From NCBI GenBank assembly GCA_047495785.1, contig JBLDXI010000015.1:2542001-2606000 (forward strand): a DNA stretch of 64,000 bases, in the 5' to 3' direction. The notes beneath the pieces are model-generated. The model saw nothing but the letters and a program-made list of their open reading frames with translations. It was not told the DNA's origin and searched no databases. Shown here one piece after another: positions 62,301-64,000 of this stretch. The DNA comes from Lepidodermella squamata. Its lineage: Eukaryota; Animalia; Gastrotricha. A program made the translations under genes and the position numbers. Within the stretch, counting starts at the first letter, position 1; every line of letters begins with the position of its first letter.

Positions 62301-62405
62301 CTGGCTAAAACGGGATTAGGCAACGAACGAAGGCGATTTCCTGCAGCTACATATTTTGTTTCATTTGAATTAAATAGGTTTAAAAGACGTTTTTTGTTAA
62401 AAGAA

Positions 62406-62827
62406 ATGTCGCAAATATTTCTTATAATCAACTTCTTGGTCCTAATTTTGGCCGTTCTGGTTCTCAGCAATCCGGCTGATACCCAACACGAGAATGAACA
62501 GGATCCTAAACTTGACAGCTGTTACGATTTGGTCAGCTATCAAAAATTATCTGAGCTGAGTAGAGACGAAATTCTGGTCAAATTCAAGAACTGCGACTGT
62601 GAGCATTTTTTCACATTTTTTTCATATTTTTATGAATTTTTGTATTATTTATAGGGAGAGCTTTGTTGAGACAGGCCAAATTAGCACGCAAGCGTGTCGT
62701 GCATCTCATGCGTGACGAGCGGCAGCGACGAGTTATAGACGCTTGTTTGAAGGACTTCGGAGGAAGGGCAGCACGAGCCATTCCGATTGTTTCCCTTATT
62801 TGCACTTCGGCCGGAATAAAATTGTGA
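62406..62827 (+). CDS. Small secreted peptide precursor with C-terminal Cys ring (family member B)
   Basis: Signal peptide and phase-1 intron 62599-62654. Ends RQRRVIDACLKDFGGRAARAIPIVSLICTSAGIKL*. Confidence 0.8.
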
Positions 62828-63057
62828 AAATTCGTTTTTTAATTAAGGAGGATTTTTTCACTCATTTTTTGTCAGTATTGCCCTGTATTTTCACACGTGT
62901 CGTAGAGTTAATTAGTTGAGTTGTTGACGAAAGTCTCGGGAATTCGAACTTGGCATAGGTATCAGCCAATTAAAATCACACTCTACAGAAAATTAGCGGC
63001 CTTTATCTCCAATCAAAAAATCCTAATTAAACATTATATCACAAATGTTGAGAGTGT

Positions 63058-64000
63058 TCATTTAGCTGATCGGAATATAGCAATAATCCAAATGAGACCG
63101 GTCGACAGTGACAGGAAAACAGCCGAAAATGACAGCGTAATCTCCTGTCCGACTAAATCGTCAACAGCGAGTGCGATCAAAATTGCAGCGATCGAAATAG
63201 TCGTTAGATTTACCAAAGCCGCGATGATAACGCCTAATTGAGGAACGGCTCTGCGATAATTGCAACTCCGTATCTTGAAGAGGCAGATAGCTCCGATTAA
63301 AATTTGAACGAAATAAGCGCTGATCGCGGCGAAAATCCATGCAGAAAAATGGCGAGATTTGCAGGTTAACACAGATTTTTCTATCAAAATGTCTTCAAAA
63401 ATAACGTATAACGGCGCCTCCTTAACGGTGAAGCAGCTCAATGGATCAGCAATCAGCCAAACCGCTAAAAATATCGTAATTACAGCCGTGAAAGCTGACG
63501 TAGCGCTCAGAGAGATTAGGTCGATGGATTGTACCTCTTCGATGGTCAGCTTGGTCTGGGGACGAACGAGCATGGCGGAGATCCATGAGTCAGCTCGACC
63601 TCTCGATCCGACACTGTAGGTTCGACTTTCAGGGTAGACTCTGCCCGAGGCGGCTCGTATTGCTGATCTCGCACTTGCTGCAGCACTTGCAGCTTTTGAT
63701 TCGAATTTCGCCATGCCTAGGAAGTAGCCGAATCCTCGAAGACTTATACTACCACCCAACATGGCTAAACCGACAGTCATTAGGGCAATTCTTGCTACCC
63801 AGATTTGGTAAGCGGAATAAGGAGCCAACTTCACGGAAAACATAACTCCAGCTGCATTTAATAGGATACCGCCAATAAATCCTATAAAGGATGATTTTAG
63901 CAACTTCCTATGAGTTTCCTCATATTTCATTTTAATCAGCATTACAATCATCCCTGAGATATGAATAAGAGATGAAATGGCAGCGATTACAACGACTGTG
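63058..64000 (-). CDS. Class C GPCR 7TM region, GABA-B-like, 5' part outside the window
   Basis: Hydrophobic helices with WLIADPL and CKSRH motifs that parallel the 2317-4620 gene. Confidence 0.8.
   Translation of the reverse strand, partial: TVVVIAAISSLIHISGMIVMLIKMKYEETHRKLLKSSFIGFIGGILLNAAGVMFSVKLAPYSAYQIWVARIALMTVGLAMLGGSISLRGFGYFLGMAKFESKAASAAASARSAIRAASGRVYPESRTYSVGSRGRADSWISAMLVRPQTKLTIEEVQSIDLISLSATSAFTAVITIFLAVWLIADPLSCFTVKEAPLYVIFEDILIEKSVLTCKSRHFSAWIFAAISAYFVQILIGAICLFKIRSCNYRRAVPQLGVIIAALVNLTTISIAAILIALAVDDLVGQEITLSFSAVFLSLSTGLIWIIAIFRSAK

Noticed and set aside
59400-62390. Several 60-90 aa ORFs in the intergenic region
   Set aside because: Low-complexity AT-rich translations with no signal peptide, motif or consistent splice structure.
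33471-62827. Venom-like gene cluster (sphingomyelinases, trypsins, three-finger protein, natriuretic-like peptides)
   Set aside because: Every family has ordinary physiological roles, the Ly6 protein retains a GPI signal, and there is no expression evidence. Co-location in a gene-dense genome is enough to explain it.
1-64000. CRISPR arrays, rRNA genes, autonomous transposons or prokaryotic operons
   Set aside because: No repeat-spacer arrays, rRNA motifs or transposase/RT ORFs were seen. The sequence is spliceosomal-intron-rich eukaryotic DNA.

Overview
Eukaryotic (invertebrate animal) DNA from a compact genome, with mostly ~45-65 nt GT-AG introns. A spiralian origin is inferred from the gene families only. 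About 20 intron-containing genes are supported: four divergent nAChR-like Cys-loop channel subunits, two GABA-B-like class C GPCRs (one with a single in-frame TAG), a GT-A glycosyltransferase-like protein, a large secreted PAN/discoidin/LamG/F-type-lectin mosaic protein, two tandem acid sphingomyelinases, TMEM45, a quiver/Ly6 protein, a class A peptide GPCR, three trypsins, a PAN plus 3x CTHRC1-domain protein, and a GT6 (ABO-like)-fucosyltransferase fusion. Three tRNA genes are present, at least two of them intronic. The most striking candidate novelty is a pair of small secreted precursor genes (55858-56293 and 62406-62827). Each ends in a conserved 20-residue Cys-closed ring (C-x3-FGG[KR]xARAIPIxSxxC) that follows a basic cleavage site and resembles the natriuretic-peptide ring. 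Other highlights are F-type lectin domains split by nested domain insertions and the bifunctional glycosyltransferase fusion. All gene models were spliced by hand and no database searches were run.
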